Source: Podarcis cretensis
Lineage: Eukaryota
Length of the DNA stretch: 64,000 nucleotides
Reading direction: 5' to 3'
Assembly (NCBI GenBank): GCA_951804945.1
Contig: OX638164.1
Coordinates: forward strand, 18,228,001 to 18,292,000
Positions 61,979-64,000 of the stretch are shown piece after piece. A program made the position numbers and the translations under genes. Every line of letters starts with the position of its first letter. The first letter of the stretch is position 1. The notes under the pieces are model-generated. The model made no database searches, had not been told where the DNA came from, and worked only from the letters and a program-made list of their open reading frames with translations.

Positions 61979-62554
61979 TGTGCTGATCCCGGGGGGAAGG
62001 TTACCGTTGGCGTAGTCAAAGTCCGGTCCTGGGTCACTAGCCTGGAATCAGTCCACAAGGAGCGGGGCGAGGTCCGAAGCAGGAAGCCGGGCGGGGACAG
62101 GAGCACTGGAGAGTCAGGTCTGGGTCCGGGCAGGAACAGGTACTCAACAACGACGTTGCTCCCACAACCTGGGACCGGGCCGACTGGCCTTTATCTGTTC
62201 TGAGGCCAGGGGTGGTCCCGGCCCCTAGGAGACCCGCCTCTCTTGGCCTTAAGGCGAGCACTCCTCCTGGGAGAAACCAGTTCCCTTCGCCTCTCTGCCC
62301 TGAGCCTCTGCAGTTCAGGAGAGGCTAAAGGGTTACTGGGCCCAGGGGGAGACTCACCTGTAGGCACTGAGTTCTCAACCACCTCTGGAGCCAGAGTGGG
62401 ATCACCTGGTGCCTGCTCCTGAGGATCCGGCACAGGTGCAAGCGCTTCAGAATCAAGGCCCTGGCCCAGTTCAGACAGCCCTGAAGGCGGGGACTCCTGT
62501 GCAGGCTGGGATTCCTCTGGTTCAGCCTCTGAATCGGAATCCCAGGCCATCACA
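61979..62554 (-). mobile_element. Solo LTR (Gypsy-like, 576 bp) inserted in a Sauria SINE
   Basis: TG...CA termini with imperfect inverted ends (TGTGATG/TGTGCTG); 5-bp TSD caccg/ccccg; cleanly splits a SINE; CpG-rich. Confidence 0.85.
62191..62550 (-). CDS. Putative LTR-encoded 119-aa acidic/basic microprotein with RRSARL motif
   Basis: ATG at LTR nt 5 in a strong Kozak context (GTGATGG), uninterrupted frame, sharply partitioned charge, stop codon overlapping a TATA-like GATAAA. No expression evidence. Confidence 0.5.
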   Translation of the reverse strand: MAWDSDSEAEPEESQPAQESPPSGLSELGQGLDSEALAPVPDPQEQAPGDPTLAPEVVENSVPTGESPPGPSNPLASPELQRLRAERRRELVSPRRSARLKAKRGGSPRGRDHPWPQNR

Positions 62555-64000
62555 CCCCGACTCCCTCAGCCTGAAAGTGAGATGAGCAGCGCAACCCCAT
62601 TGACTGGACTTTACTATCCAGGGGTCCTTTACCTCTTTACCTTTTTTTACCTCGCTGGCTAGCAAGACAAAGTTTACCACTTTGGGATGAATGAAATGGC
62701 CATAAGTCCCATGATGCAGCTTTCCCACAAGCATCTGATTACATTTAGGTTGGGCTTGATCTTGTTCCATCGCAAGAAGCCATCCTTCTTGGTCAGCCTG
62801 AGAGCTGTTGGCCCAGGCAACAGGAAGAACGTCCCTTGCACACTCTTGGGCCGGTATCCAGCCTCTTGCTGCTGCCAGCCTTTCAAGTGAAGGCAAGTGG
62901 AGTGGAGAGACAAAGAGAATATTTCCTCAGCTCCTCAAGCCCTTTCCAGTCTATCTTTGGCTTGGAACTCTTGAAAGGGCTATATTAAACCAGAGTGATT
63001 GTTGTTTTCAAAGCAGAATATAGGGTGAGATCTCTGGGTTTTTCTCATCTTTCTTCTGGCTTTAAATTACTGACATTTCACACAAGGCTTCCAGAAGAGA
63101 CAGAAATGTGCCTTTGTAGTAGGGGAAGATGGGTGCAGTCAGAGAAAGAAGAGGGTGAATGTGCAACAAGAATAAGTGCTCTGATTTGCAGATCAGGGTA
63201 ATTTGGATTTACTTAGCCAGAAAACTCCATTGCAATTTTTTGGAGAAATGTGAATTTCAAAGGATAGCTGTGTTTGGAAAATGCAAATTTGCTTCAGTTC
63301 ACTTTTAAATGGGAACTGAATCAAATTTCCCCCTCTTCCCTACTCCTCAGATTAGTTAAGCCCACACAGACTTTGAGTTGCAGATCTTGATGTATTTATG
63401 TATTTATGTCAATACATTTAACTTTAGTTTATCCAATGGCCTTGTGCCTGGTCTCTTTATCTGGTGGTCCCTGGCAAAGGTACCCCAAAATTATGGAAGT
63501 TTGCTTTGTTATGAAAAAAAATTGTTTGGAGATGTAATGTTAAAGGGTATATACTACGTCACAAGGCACTCAACCAAAATGATTGGTCAAAAATTGGTTT
63601 AGAACTAACTTTCATGGTTTTGACTGATGAGTCAACTGATTTAAACAGTCCCTTGTGAACTGGAGGTGGTTTGATGATTCAGAATGAAGAAAATGGCACA
63701 GTAATGCTGGAGTGTAATTTTAATCTATCATAGTTTGCCGCACCCCACAAGCTGAAATCAGATTTAGGTGGCAAAAGTGGCATTTTGCCATGGGTCCTTG
63801 AATCCTTCTCCAGATGTTCCTCTCCATCAGAAGCTGGTCCACACACCTCATCATAAATATTGGCTCAAAAAATGTAACCAAAGCAGGAAATGTAGTTTCA
63901 GTCCTCTCACCTTCCACCCGGCTCTTGATATTTTTCCATGAATCGGCACAGAAGAAGAACATGTTCACACGTCATCATAATGCGCCACAACCACCAACAT

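Larger units (their letters stand above)
61686..62651 (+). mobile_element. Sauria SINE interrupted by the solo LTR
   Basis: tRNA-like head (gttcgaatccc B-box), typical body, ACCTTT-type tail; body resumes at 62560 after the insert. Confidence 0.88.

Noticed and set aside
45500-64000. Expected head-to-head neighbour ADAMTS15
   Set aside because: No ADAMTS-like exon was found on the plus strand; if synteny holds it lies beyond the window. The ORF at 63720-63968 has no recognisable motif.
1-64000. CRISPR arrays, operons or other prokaryotic systems
   Set aside because: Intron-containing vertebrate DNA; no regularly spaced repeat-spacer array.

Overview
Vertebrate genomic DNA from a squamate reptile, most likely a lacertid lizard (inferred from Sauria SINEs, tRNA/CORE SINEs, BovB, CR1 and L1 content). 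The window holds one complete protein-coding gene on the minus strand: a 9-exon ADAMTS8 or ADAMTS8-like metalloprotease. Its CDS runs from 44704 down to 11653 (2766 nt, 921 aa, all introns GT-AG with consistent phases), with a TATA/CCAAT promoter near 45255-45416 and a 22.6-kb TE-filled first intron. The rest is dense transposable-element sequence (SINEs, L1/CR1/L2/RTE/BovB fragments, hAT/Tc1-mariner/Harbinger MITEs, solo LTRs, a Penelope fold-back), microsatellites and one 182-N gap. Main observations: (1) a 576-bp solo LTR whose U3 is filled by an intact 119-codon ORF with an acidic/proline-rich N-terminus and a basic tail carrying RRSARL, the HMGN nucleosome-binding core, i.e. a candidate LTR-encoded chromatin-binding microprotein, with a possible decayed relative at 31.8 kb; (2) Arg replaces the conserved Asp of the ADAMTS CGxxxCDTL S2' loop; (3) a third TSR absent from human ADAMTS8; (4) a strong minus-strand poly(A) site about 11.4 kb past the stop codon; (5) a five-element nested TE stack. 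Family names and comparisons with human proteins come from recall, not from database searches.
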